A stretch of 41,357 nt of DNA, taken from contig JBDTKB010000320.1 of the NCBI GenBank assembly GCA_039935555.1, positions 1 through 41,357 of the forward strand, given 5' to 3'. The stretch comes from Ginsengibacter sp. (GTDB taxonomy: Bacteria; Bacteroidota; Bacteroidia; Chitinophagales; Chitinophagaceae). A model generated the notes under the pieces. The model made no database searches. It was not told where the DNA came from and was given only the letters and a program-made list of their open reading frames with translations. This document shows, piece after piece, positions 18,401 to 27,076 of this stretch. Numbering within the stretch: position 1 is the first letter of the stretch; every line of letters starts with the position of its first letter. The position numbers and the translations under genes are program-made.

Positions 18401-20501
18401 TCTTGACAGGGCCTTTAATTCAGCGCTTGAATCTGGTGATAATGAATTCGCTTCTTACGCGGCCCATAATATTGTCTATCAATTATTCATTATGGGTTTT
18501 CCCTTGCATGATCTGTCGAAGAAGGCAGAAATGCTTGACCTTAAAATTGAAAAATTTAAACAGGACCTTACCTTAAAGAGATTGCAATTATTCCGGCAAT
18601 CTATTTTTAACCTGGTGGAAGAAACGCCCAACCCGGATATTCTTTCCGGTAATATATTTGACGAATCGTTAATGGATATTGCAGAGGTTACTAAAAGCAA
18701 TGAAATATATTTTCAGAATTTATATTTCCAAAAATTATACCTCGCCTTAATTTTTAACCTTAACGCAAACGCAAAGAAATACGCAGAACTTGCTGAGCAG
18801 TTCCAGGAAAGTGTGAGAGGAACTACCCTTTATCCCCTCTTTTATTATTACAGATCTCTCCTTATTACCGATGTTTCACCAAACACTCCGGGTAAGGGCA
18901 AAATTTTACAAACAGTTAAAAAAGATATTGCCGTTCTGAAAAAATATGAAAAATTTTGCCTACAAAATTATAGCCATAAAATCCTTCTTTTAGAAGCAGA
19001 GTATGCTTACCTGACGGGCGATAATGAAACAGCAAAGATATTTTATGATAAAGCGCTCAAAGCCGGATCGGAAAGCGGATTAACAAATGAGGTTGCTTAT
19101 TGTTGGGAACGCGCAGGCAGGTTTTTCATAAATACAAAGCAGGATTTATTGGCTAATTTTTACCTGCAAAATGCTTACAGAAATTATAAGCATTGGGGCG
19201 CTGATGCAAAGTTGAAACAAATGGAAAGCCAGTATATTCAACTAAAAGGCAATGCAAGTGAAGAATGGCAAAATGAATTTTTGCCGGAACGGGCAAAAGA
19301 AATCCCCGGCAACATTGATCTTCAAACTGTTTTAAAAGCTTCTGCAACGTTGTCTGGCGAAATCATTTTGTCGCGCCTTCTGAAAAAAATGATGCAAATA
19401 ATCCTGGAGAGTGCCGGCGCGCAAAATGGATATCTCATCATGGAAAAAAATGGCCAGCGAAGTATTGAAGCAGAAATAAATGCTGATAATGAAGAAATAG
19501 AAATTTTGCAGGCAATACCGGTTTCTCAAAATGATTTATTGGCCGAATCTGTTTTAAATTATGTGTACCTGACCCAGGAAACTGTTATTTTAGATGATGC
19601 ATGCAAAAGCCCTCTTTTTGCAAATGATGCGTTTATTAAATCTCATGAATGTAAATCTGTTCTTTGCATACCGCTTTTAAATATGGGCAAAATACAAGCG
19701 GTCATCTACCTCAGTAACGACCTTACATCAGGAGCGTTTACTGAAAAACGAGTTGGCCTTTTAAAATTACTTGCGGGCCAAATGGCTATTTCGATAGAAA
19801 ATGCATTGTTCTATAATGATCTTGAAAATAAAGTAAAGGAAAGAACGTATGAACTTGAAGTTGAAAAGAAAAAATCAGATGATCTATTATTAAATATTTT
19901 GCCGGAAGATATCGCCAATGAATTAAAGCAAACCGGTTACACGAAGCCACGAAGTTATGAGGTAGCAACCGTTATGTTTACTGATTTTGAAAAATTTACC
20001 AGTAAAAGTGAAAAGCTTACTCCTGAAGAATTGGTTTCGGTGATTGACACTTTTTTCAAAAAATTTGACGAAATTATTTCAAGATATAATATAGAAAAAA
20101 TTAAGACAATTGGTGATGCTTATTTGTGTGTGAGCGGCCTGCCAGATATAAAATCTCATAGCGCTACAAAAGTTGTAAGCGCCGCGATGGAAATTTTAGA
20201 AGCCATTAAAACATTCAGGGAAAATACAATTTATGATACGTTTTTCGATATACGAATTGGAATACATACCGGCCCGTTAGTTGCAGGCGTTGTAGGAGAC
20301 AAAAAATTTGCTTTTGATATTTGGGGTGATACTGTAAATACTGCCTCCCGGATGGAACAAAATAGTGATCCCAATAAAATCAACATTTCCCAAAGCACTT
20401 ATGAGCTGGTAAAAGACTCTTATAAATGTATTTATCGCGGCAAACGTGCTGCCAAGAACAAAGGCATGATTGAAATGTACTTTGTAGAAAGCCCGTTGTA
20501 A
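15432..20501 (+). CDS. Multidomain (pseudo)Ser/Thr kinase - AAA/STAND ATPase - TPR-like - GAF - class III adenylate cyclase
   Basis: Kinase fold: ILEY, HRRIHPSN, IDFG, YIAPEQTGR, DLYSLG. ATPase: YGRE, Walker A GYSGSGKS (16410-16433), Walker B IIFVDDLQ, GN.FY, FAHDRIQQA. GAF: KSVLCIPL...IYLSN...AISIENA. Cyclase: FTDF, KIKTIGDAY, FDIWGDTVNTASRME. Confidence 0.9.
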   Translation: MIKNIEHESVIHYGVESLIIKAGANGLNKPSCFKVLKDEFPSKETLARLENEFEICSKNKCSCVRKAFKKEKQEDHEAIILEYIEGKDLNKILSSEKLTIDEQLQLAVDITTALADLHRENIFHRRIHPSNILIEEGTQKVIFIDFGIASTGGVFEEGFATFQDKEVEALNYIAPEQTGRINRAIDNRADLYSLGTILYELFTGRLPFESGEGLELIYAHIAKAPVKPLQLKDDLPQELSDIIMKLLSKNAEDRYQSAFGVKYDLEKCRQQLIENKKIESFPIAQNDFSGKLYFSNKLYGRENEINYLYQLFDNCANGKKITLFVSGYSGSGKSALVEMLKVRASQKKGIFIKGKFDQISSDTPYSTFVQAFNELSQLILAGDNAYQAKWKKRIIEAIGNSGKILTQFMPGIEFLIGKQPDLPELKGIEAQNRFNYEFIRFIKTIADKDFPLIIFVDDLQRADDSSVNLFKIIAENRDIQYVMLIGGYRKNEVNASNPVSKTVYELEQDQISFEQLGLRDLDYNEVYNLVSDALTTKQDNIGFLADIIYSKTKGNAFYVWQFLKSIYEEGFLKFDFDEMVWQWNAELILQMNVSGNVVELMTSFILKLPEETLEILKIASTIGGRFSKRNLSLIRQVSEKNIESLLNLSVTEGLIIPFATEYKFAHDRIQQAIYSLIPDDEKIALHLLNGRRLSAHFSEAELEEKLFELVNQWNLGADKITDKKDKIYLANLNLVAGQKAVASTAFPQALQYFEKGLNVIDNKDWDEHYGFIVQLTTSAAEAAYLSGQYEKVDKLLESLLKNSTSLIDSAQGYEINIKKLIAQNQPLEAVKLGLSILKKMGINLPLHPTKLQVMKDMLQTKFLLRNKSMDYFNSLPEMEDAEKNAAMRILSDISSASYFAVPSLVSLLVFKMVSLTVKNGLSRKSPFSFAAYGYLLSVYLNEIDKGITFGEIALQLSKKIHADELTGSILVTNNIFLTHWRKPLKDSVHDLDRAFNSALESGDNEFASYAAHNIVYQLFIMGFPLHDLSKKAEMLDLKIEKFKQDLTLKRLQLFRQSIFNLVEETPNPDILSGNIFDESLMDIAEVTKSNEIYFQNLYFQKLYLALIFNLNANAKKYAELAEQFQESVRGTTLYPLFYYYRSLLITDVSPNTPGKGKILQTVKKDIAVLKKYEKFCLQNYSHKILLLEAEYAYLTGDNETAKIFYDKALKAGSESGLTNEVAYCWERAGRFFINTKQDLLANFYLQNAYRNYKHWGADAKLKQMESQYIQLKGNASEEWQNEFLPERAKEIPGNIDLQTVLKASATLSGEIILSRLLKKMMQIILESAGAQNGYLIMEKNGQRSIEAEINADNEEIEILQAIPVSQNDLLAESVLNYVYLTQETVILDDACKSPLFANDAFIKSHECKSVLCIPLLNMGKIQAVIYLSNDLTSGAFTEKRVGLLKLLAGQMAISIENALFYNDLENKVKERTYELEVEKKKSDDLLLNILPEDIANELKQTGYTKPRSYEVATVMFTDFEKFTSKSEKLTPEELVSVIDTFFKKFDEIISRYNIEKIKTIGDAYLCVSGLPDIKSHSATKVVSAAMEILEAIKTFRENTIYDTFFDIRIGIHTGPLVAGVVGDKKFAFDIWGDTVNTASRMEQNSDPNKINISQSTYELVKDSYKCIYRGKRAAKNKGMIEMYFVESPL

Positions 20502-20558
20502 CTTTGCATGAAAAAAAACCGCAATCCAACGAAATAAATTCAATACTTAAAAAGTTTT

Positions 20559-20566
20559 TAGTTTTG
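20559..20566 (+). promoter_or_regulatory. -7 promoter element for the FAD oxidoreductase gene
   Basis: TAGTTTTG is an exact TAnnTTTG match ending 24 nt before ATG 20591. A second match, TAACTTTG, lies at 20499-20506. Confidence 0.5.
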
Positions 20567-20590
20567 CGATTTTAATAAAGCAAACCCTAC

Positions 20591-23515
20591 ATGGAGCAAA
20601 GGCTGAAAGAATTATCTGGGCAATTAGAGGGCGACTTGTTTACAGATGACACCACAAAAATATTGTATGCAACCGATGCTTCTGCTTACCGCGAAATTCC
20701 ATTAGCAGTCGCCATACCAAAATCCATTGACGACCTTAAAAAATTGGTTGCCTTTGCGGCATCAAATCATACTTCGCTTATACCAAGAACTGCCGGCACT
20801 TCCCTTGCAGGCCAGGTTGTTGGTAATGGAATAATAACGGACGTATCGAAAAACTTTACAAAAATTATTGAGTTGAACGCCGCCGAACATTGGGTGCGTG
20901 TACAGCCGGGCGTTATACGTGATGAATTGAATATGTTTTTAAAGCCTCACGGTTTGTTTTTTGGCCCTGAAACTTCCACTGCAAACAGGGCCATGATGGG
21001 TGGCATGGTTGGGAACAATTCATGCGGCTCTAACTCAATTGTTTACCGAAGTACCAGGGAACATTTGCTGGAAGTAAAAGCATTGCTAAGCGATGGCAGT
21101 GAAGCAACTTTTAAATCAGTAACCCTTGGAGAATTTCATGAGAAATGCGAGGGCGATAATCTTGAAGCAAATATTTATAGAACAACGAGAACCCTGCTAA
21201 GTAATTATGACAACCAGATAGAGATAAGAAAAGAGTTTCCTAAGAAATCTGTCGAGAGAAGAAATACAGGCTATGCAATTGATGTGTTATTAAATTCTTC
21301 CCCTTTCATGGCGGGCGAAGAAGATTTTAATTTTTGCAAGTTGATCGCAGGCTCGGAAGGTACGTTAGCCTTTATCACAGAAATTAAATTAAATGTAGTT
21401 CCATTGCCGCCGAAAGAAACGGGTTTGCTTTGTGTGCATTTTAATTCAATTGAAGAATCATTACTGGCAAATCTCATCGCGCTGAAATATGGCCCGAGCG
21501 CGAGCGAATTAATTGATCATTATATTTTAGAATGTACCAAAGAAAATATTGAGCAAAGTAAAAACAGGTTTTTTGTGAAAGGTGATCCCGGTGCAATTTT
21601 GGTAATTGAATTTACCGCAAATAACCGGCAGGAAATCATCAATAAATCAGCAGCGTGTGAGGTAGAAATGCGTGCGTCAGGCTTAGGCTATCACTTCCCG
21701 TTGCTATTTGGTGATGATACAAAAAAGATTTGGACACTTCGCAAAGCCGGGCTTGGCTTGCTGGGTAATTTACCCGGCGATGAAAAAGCAGTTCCTGTAA
21801 TTGAAGATACTGCCGTGGATGTAAATGACCTTCCCTCCTATATTTCAGACTTTAATAAAATATTGCTTAAATACGATCTGCATGCGGTGCACTATGCTCA
21901 TGCGGGCTCCGGAGAAATACACCTTCGCCCAATTATTAATTTGAAAACAGCAGAAGGCAATCATCTTTTTAGAATTATTGCGGAAGAAATAGCAACGTTA
22001 GTAAAAAAGTATAGAGGCTCATTAAGTGGCGAACATGGCGACGGAAGATTGCGTGGCGAATTCGTGAAGCAAATGGTGGGCGAAAAAAACTATGAATTGC
22101 TAAAAATTATTAAGCACACCTGGGACCCACAAAATATTTTCAATCCGAATAAGATTGTAGATACGCCACCTATGAACACCATGCTGAGGTACACACCGGG
22201 CCAGAAAACACCTCAGTTCAAAACTGTATTCAGGTATCACAACCAGGACGTGTTGCAACATGCTGAACAATGCAACGGATCTGGTGATTGCCGCAAAACA
22301 CAAATGTCAGGGGGTACGATGTGCCCTTCTTTTATGGCAACCAAAAATGAAAAAGATACCACGAGGGCAAGGGCAAATATCCTTCGGGAGTTTCTTACCA
22401 ATTCGCAAAAGATGAATCGGTTCGACCATAAAGAAATTTATGACGTGATGGATCTTTGTCTAAGCTGTAAAGGATGCAAATCGGAATGTCCGTCAAATGT
22501 TGACGTTGCCAAATTAAAAGCAGAATTTCTTCAACAATATTACGATGCCAATGGCGTGCCTTTCCGCGCAAAGCTTATTGCCAATTTTAATAAAAGCGCC
22601 AAACTTGGGTCAATGGCGCCGGTCATATATAATTACATGATGTCTAACTCAATCATCAGTAATAATATAAAAAGAATTTCCGGTTTTGCCTTAAAGCGAT
22701 CTATGCCAAAGCTTCATAAAATAAGCCTGGAAAAATGGTACACAAAAAGAACGCGGGCAACAAAAATTAGCAATCAAAACACTGGCAAAAAAGTATATTT
22801 ATTCTGCGATGAGTTTACCAATTTTAATGATACAGAAACCGGCATTAAAGCCATTTTATTATTAGAAAAATTAGGTTACGAAGTTATTATTCCGGCACAT
22901 GAAGAAAGTGGAAGAACATGGCTATCCAAAGGTTTACTGCGGGATGCAAAAAAAATAGTGAATAAAAATATTGTTTCATTAAGTAAAATAGTCAGCGATG
23001 AAACGCCGTTAATTGGTATAGAACCTAGTGCCATCCTCACTTTTAGAGATGAATACATTGATTTGGCTGATGAAGAAAATTTATTTGCGGCAAAACAATT
23101 ATCAAAAAATGTCTTTTTCATTGACGAGTTTATCGCAAGGGAAATTGACAATGGATCTATCGATTCAACATTATTTACAAAAGAAAAAAGATCAATAAAG
23201 CTTCACGGTCATTGTCAGCAGAAGGCTTTGTCTTCACTTTCAGCTTCAATAAAATTATTATCTCTTCCTCAAAATTATACTGTTGAAACTATTCCTTCAG
23301 GATGTTGCGGCATGGCAGGATCTTTTGGATATGAAAAAGAACATTACGACTTATCGATGAAGATTGGCGAGCTTGTTTTATTTCCTGCAGTTCGTAGCCA
23401 GGCGAATGACGTAATTATCGCTGCTCCCGGCACGAGTTGCCGACACCAAATAAAAGATGGAACGGGAAGGAAAGCTTTACACCCGATTGAAATTTTGTAT
23501 GATGCGCTTAATTAA
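20591..23515 (+). CDS. FAD-binding and Fe-S-binding oxidoreductase (GlcD/YdiJ-like 2-hydroxyacid dehydrogenase)
   Basis: YATDAS, PRTAGTSLAGQ, GGMVGNNSCG, GSEGTL, HAGSGEIH, SGEHGDG; Fe-S motifs CNGSGDC and CLSCKGCKSECP; CCG domain HGHC, CCGMAG, GTSCRHQ. Confidence 0.88.
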   Translation: MEQRLKELSGQLEGDLFTDDTTKILYATDASAYREIPLAVAIPKSIDDLKKLVAFAASNHTSLIPRTAGTSLAGQVVGNGIITDVSKNFTKIIELNAAEHWVRVQPGVIRDELNMFLKPHGLFFGPETSTANRAMMGGMVGNNSCGSNSIVYRSTREHLLEVKALLSDGSEATFKSVTLGEFHEKCEGDNLEANIYRTTRTLLSNYDNQIEIRKEFPKKSVERRNTGYAIDVLLNSSPFMAGEEDFNFCKLIAGSEGTLAFITEIKLNVVPLPPKETGLLCVHFNSIEESLLANLIALKYGPSASELIDHYILECTKENIEQSKNRFFVKGDPGAILVIEFTANNRQEIINKSAACEVEMRASGLGYHFPLLFGDDTKKIWTLRKAGLGLLGNLPGDEKAVPVIEDTAVDVNDLPSYISDFNKILLKYDLHAVHYAHAGSGEIHLRPIINLKTAEGNHLFRIIAEEIATLVKKYRGSLSGEHGDGRLRGEFVKQMVGEKNYELLKIIKHTWDPQNIFNPNKIVDTPPMNTMLRYTPGQKTPQFKTVFRYHNQDVLQHAEQCNGSGDCRKTQMSGGTMCPSFMATKNEKDTTRARANILREFLTNSQKMNRFDHKEIYDVMDLCLSCKGCKSECPSNVDVAKLKAEFLQQYYDANGVPFRAKLIANFNKSAKLGSMAPVIYNYMMSNSIISNNIKRISGFALKRSMPKLHKISLEKWYTKRTRATKISNQNTGKKVYLFCDEFTNFNDTETGIKAILLLEKLGYEVIIPAHEESGRTWLSKGLLRDAKKIVNKNIVSLSKIVSDETPLIGIEPSAILTFRDEYIDLADEENLFAAKQLSKNVFFIDEFIAREIDNGSIDSTLFTKEKRSIKLHGHCQQKALSSLSASIKLLSLPQNYTVETIPSGCCGMAGSFGYEKEHYDLSMKIGELVLFPAVRSQANDVIIAAPGTSCRHQIKDGTGRKALHPIEILYDALN

Positions 23516-23699
23516 CCTTCTATTTGAAAAGAAATAAAAAATCAAAAAAAATAGCCACGCCATTGTTATTTTGTTTCAACCAAAATAATATGTTTTGGCA
23601 AAAACCACCTTCAGAAAGTATTGAGCAAAAATGCGATATCCCGCGTATAATTGATTAGATTGAAAAGCAATATTTTTACCTTTCTTAAATAATCATTCT

Positions 23700-24329
23700 A
23701 TGCTAAATTCCATTCATCTCGCCAAAGTATTTCCTACTTTGGAACCTGCACTAATTACTGAGCTTGAAGAAAAATCAATAGTAAATAATTTTATTGCAGG
23801 TGAAACGCTGGTCAAAAAAAACCAGTATTTCAGGTCTGCTTTAATTGTTCTGGATGGGCTTGTAAAAATCTATCGCGAAGATGATGAAGGCAATGAATTT
23901 TTTATTTATTATTTACAGCCAGGCCAGGCTTGCGCCTTAAGTTTGATATGCGATTCCCGCCAGGAGACCAGTGAAATAATGGCCGTTGCAATTAAGGAAA
24001 CAGAAGTTTTAACAATCCCGTTTGATATTATAGATGAGTGGATGAGCAAATACAAAACCTGGAACAATTTTGTACTCTCCAGCTATAGAAACAGGTTTGA
24101 AGAATTACTAGTTACTCTTGATCATGTCGCATTTCGAAATATGGATGAGCGACTGGAATTTTATCTTAAACGGCAGGCAGAAAAATTAGGCAATACACTT
24201 CAACTTACACACCAGCAAATTGCGGACGATCTCAATTCTTCACGCGAAGTAATTTCCAGGCTTTTGAAAAACATGGAAAAAAATAAACTACTGGTAATGA
24301 ACAGGAATAGCATTGAATGGACGAATTAG
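23700..24329 (+). CDS. Crp/Fnr-family transcriptional regulator
   Basis: cNMP-fold N-terminus (GLVKIYR...YYLQPGQAC) and HTH LTHQQIADDLNSSREVISRLLK. Confidence 0.92.
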   Translation: MLNSIHLAKVFPTLEPALITELEEKSIVNNFIAGETLVKKNQYFRSALIVLDGLVKIYREDDEGNEFFIYYLQPGQACALSLICDSRQETSEIMAVAIKETEVLTIPFDIIDEWMSKYKTWNNFVLSSYRNRFEELLVTLDHVAFRNMDERLEFYLKRQAEKLGNTLQLTHQQIADDLNSSREVISRLLKNMEKNKLLVMNRNSIEWTN

Positions 24330-24333
24330 TCTA

Positions 24334-24349
24334 TGTGATAGTTATCACC
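24334..24349 (+). promoter_or_regulatory. CRP-like box upstream of the tauE-like gene
   Basis: TGTGA-tagtta-TCACC (CRP consensus TGTGA-N6-TCACA). A -7-like CAATTTTG begins 37 nt after the box start. Confidence 0.7.
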
Positions 24350-24392
24350 CTTTAACCACTTCCTTAGTGCCAATTTTGCCGAAATTTAATTG

Positions 24393-25190
24393 ATGGAAAT
24401 AATAGGTTACATAGCTTCTGTTTTAATTGGCGTTTCTCTTGGCCTAATTGGAGGCGGCGGTTCAATATTAACGGTTCCGGTGTTGGTTTATCTCTTTGCT
24501 ATTGACCCGGTAATGGCAACGGGCTATTCTCTGTTTGTTGTTGGCAGTACAAGTTTGGCAGGTGCCATTACAAAATATAACCAAGGGCTTATTAATTTTA
24601 AAACAGCATTCATTTTTGCAATACCTGCAGTTACTGCCGTATTAATCACGCGACGATTTTTGTTGCCCGCAATACCTCAAACACTTTTCACGATTGATAA
24701 TTTTACAGCGACAAAGTCATTGCTTTTAATGATCATATTTGCCGTGTTGATGGTGTTCGCATCGGTTTCAATGATTCGCAATAATGGAAAAGTAGTTGGC
24801 AAAGAATCTTCAAAAAAGCAATATAATTATTTGATGCTTTTTTTACAAGGCGTCTTTGTAGGTTTCATAACCGGGCTCGTAGGTGCAGGCGGTGGGTTTC
24901 TTATTATACCTGCATTGGTAATATTTAGCAAGCTGCCTATGAAGCAGGCTGTGGCAACATCGCTTTTTATAATCGCTATCAATAACCTTATCGGTTTTTT
25001 TAGTTCTCCGGCGCTGCATGAAATTGACTGGAAATTATTGTTTATTATCACTGGCCTCGCCATCGGCGGAATCTTTGTTGGCAATTGGCTAAGCCATAAA
25101 ATTTCGGGTGAAAAATTGAAAAGGACTTTTGGCTGGTTTGTATTATTTATGGGTATTTATATTATTATAAGAGAAATATTTTTCGTCTGA
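24393..25190 (+). CDS. TauE/SafE-family sulfite exporter
   Basis: GLIGGGGSILTVP, A.GYSLFVVG, GLVGAGGGFLIIP, AVATSL; about 8 TM helices. Confidence 0.9.
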   Translation: MEIIGYIASVLIGVSLGLIGGGGSILTVPVLVYLFAIDPVMATGYSLFVVGSTSLAGAITKYNQGLINFKTAFIFAIPAVTAVLITRRFLLPAIPQTLFTIDNFTATKSLLLMIIFAVLMVFASVSMIRNNGKVVGKESSKKQYNYLMLFLQGVFVGFITGLVGAGGGFLIIPALVIFSKLPMKQAVATSLFIIAINNLIGFFSSPALHEIDWKLLFIITGLAIGGIFVGNWLSHKISGEKLKRTFGWFVLFMGIYIIIREIFFV

Positions 25191-25213
25191 AGATAACAGC
25201 GCGAAGCTATCTA

Positions 25214-25229
25214 TGTGACAAAAGTCATT
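25214..25229 (+). promoter_or_regulatory. CRP-like box upstream of the PDO-rhodanese gene
   Basis: TGTGA-caaaag-TCATT. A -7-like GACCTTTG begins 37 nt after the box start, the same geometry as at 24334. Confidence 0.65.
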
Positions 25230-25307
25230 GTATAAAAATAAAAATAGGCGGACCTTTGCGTTTGGGTTTAAATAAGAAAAATTGGATTGTTTATTAAATC
25301 AATAGCG

Positions 25308-26726
25308 ATGAATATAGAGCAAATTTATACCGGTTGCCTTGCACAGGGAGCCTATTATATTGAAAGTGATGGAGAAGCAGTTGTTATAGATCCATTGCGT
25401 GAAGTTGATTCCTACATCAACAAGGCAGCAAACGATCATGCCGAAATCAAATATGTTTTTGAAACGCATTTTCATGCGGATTTTGTTTCCGGCCACCTCG
25501 AGCTTAGTAAAAAAACCGGGGCAACAATAGTATACGGCCCAACAGCTAACCCCGAATTTGATGCGCATATTGCCACCGATGGTGAAGAGTTTAAAGTTGG
25601 AAAGCTTACATTTAAAGTGCTGCACACACCTGGCCATACCATTGAAAGCAGTTGTTATTTGCTTAAAGATGAAAGCGGAAAAGATGTTGCCCTTTTTTCC
25701 GGAGATACTTTATTTATTGGTGATGTAGGCCGCCCGGATCTGGCGCAAAAAGCCGCACACATGACGCAGGAAGAATTGGCCGGAACTTTATTCGATTCGT
25801 TACGGAGTAAAATATTGCCTCTTAATGATGATATAATTGTGTACCCGGCGCATGGTGCGGGCAGTGCCTGTGGAAAAAACATGAGCAAGGAAACCAGCGA
25901 TACATTGGGCCATCAAAAAACGGTTAACTATGCATTGCGAGCTAACATGACTAAAGAGGAATTTGTAAAAGAGGTTACTACCGGCCTTATGCCACCACCG
26001 GCATATTTTCCGCTAAATGTAATGCTGAACAAGCAAGGATACGAAAGCATTGATGAAGTAATGAAGAGGGGCAATATCGCATTAAGCCCTGATGCATTTG
26101 AAGCAGCCGCCAACGAAACGGGCGCGCTGATTTTAGATACCAGGGAGGCCCAAAAATTTGCAAAAGGTTTTATTCCAAATTCGATAAATATTGGTATTGA
26201 CGGAAATTTTGCCCCATGGGTGGGCGAGATGATTCCCGACATTAAGCAAAAAATATTAATAGTAGAGGAACCCGGCCGTGAAGAAGAAGTTATTACCAGG
26301 CTTGCCCGGGTGGGTTATGATTATACGATTGGTTTTTTACAAGGAGGCATGGAAGCGTGGAGAAAAGCCGGGAAGGAAGTTGATCAAATTGATTCAATAA
26401 CTGCTGATCAATTAGCAACGATAATGAAGGCAGATAAAAATATAAACATACTTGACGTTCGCAAGCAAAGTGAATATGACAGCGAGCATGTAGAAAACGC
26501 AGAAAATACGCCGCTTGATTACATAAACGATAGTATGCTTAAAGTAGATAAAAATAAAAAATACTTTGTGCACTGCGCAAGCGGTTACCGGTCTATGATT
26601 TTTGTTTCAATATTAAAAGCACGCGGCTATGATAATTTGATTGACGTAAAAGGCGGATTCAAAGCAATAAAAGATAGCAACAAAATCAATACTACCGATT
26701 TCGTGTGTCCGACAACGTTACTCTAA
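25308..26726 (+). CDS. MBL-fold persulfide dioxygenase fused to two rhodanese domains (CstB-like)
   Basis: ETHFHADF, HTPGHT, SGDTLFIGDVGRPDL, PAHGAGSACGK; rhodanese domains LDTR and LDVR...HCASGYRS. ATG 25308 preferred over TTG 25287. Confidence 0.88.
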   Translation: MNIEQIYTGCLAQGAYYIESDGEAVVIDPLREVDSYINKAANDHAEIKYVFETHFHADFVSGHLELSKKTGATIVYGPTANPEFDAHIATDGEEFKVGKLTFKVLHTPGHTIESSCYLLKDESGKDVALFSGDTLFIGDVGRPDLAQKAAHMTQEELAGTLFDSLRSKILPLNDDIIVYPAHGAGSACGKNMSKETSDTLGHQKTVNYALRANMTKEEFVKEVTTGLMPPPAYFPLNVMLNKQGYESIDEVMKRGNIALSPDAFEAAANETGALILDTREAQKFAKGFIPNSINIGIDGNFAPWVGEMIPDIKQKILIVEEPGREEEVITRLARVGYDYTIGFLQGGMEAWRKAGKEVDQIDSITADQLATIMKADKNINILDVRKQSEYDSEHVENAENTPLDYINDSMLKVDKNKKYFVHCASGYRSMIFVSILKARGYDNLIDVKGGFKAIKDSNKINTTDFVCPTTLL

Positions 26727-26830
26727 GAAAATGCCCTTAGCATTTAAAAATTGCTATAATTATTCGTTTTGATATAGTTGTCCAAAACAATGAAATAAGT
26801 GTGAAAAACTAATCAGGATAAAATAATGTT

Positions 26831-27076
26831 ATGAAGGCGATGATTTTAAAAAACTGGAATTTAATGAGGCTGCTGCGTCTAGCCATTGGCGTTTGGGCAA
26901 TCATTTCGGCGATACAAACTGGCCAGGAAGCCCTGGGATTATTAGGAGCAGTAGTTTTAGCCATGGCTATTTTTAATATTGGCTGTTGCGGTGTTAATGG
27001 ATGTGCGCCCCGATCTGAGCAAAATAAAAAGTCACCTAAAAATCCTGGAGAAATTGAATATGAAGAAATTACTTAA
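26831..27076 (+). CDS. Small 2-TM membrane protein with CCGxxGC motif (YgaP/DUF2892-like)
   Basis: R..RLAIG hairpin of two hydrophobic helices, then IGCCGVNGC; sits in the sulfur cluster. Confidence 0.6.
   Translation: MKAMILKNWNLMRLLRLAIGVWAIISAIQTGQEALGLLGAVVLAMAIFNIGCCGVNGCAPRSEQNKKSPKNPGEIEYEEIT

Noticed and set aside
20508-20537. Micro-ORF MKKNRNPTK
   Set aside because: Too short and too close to the -7-like element to support; no attenuator structure seen.
23700-24329. Crp protein as the cAMP receptor of the cyclase island
   Set aside because: It is separated by an unrelated oxidoreductase, lacks an obvious CRP-type cAMP-binding GE...R motif, and its boxes point to the sulfur genes. 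Proximity alone is not evidence.
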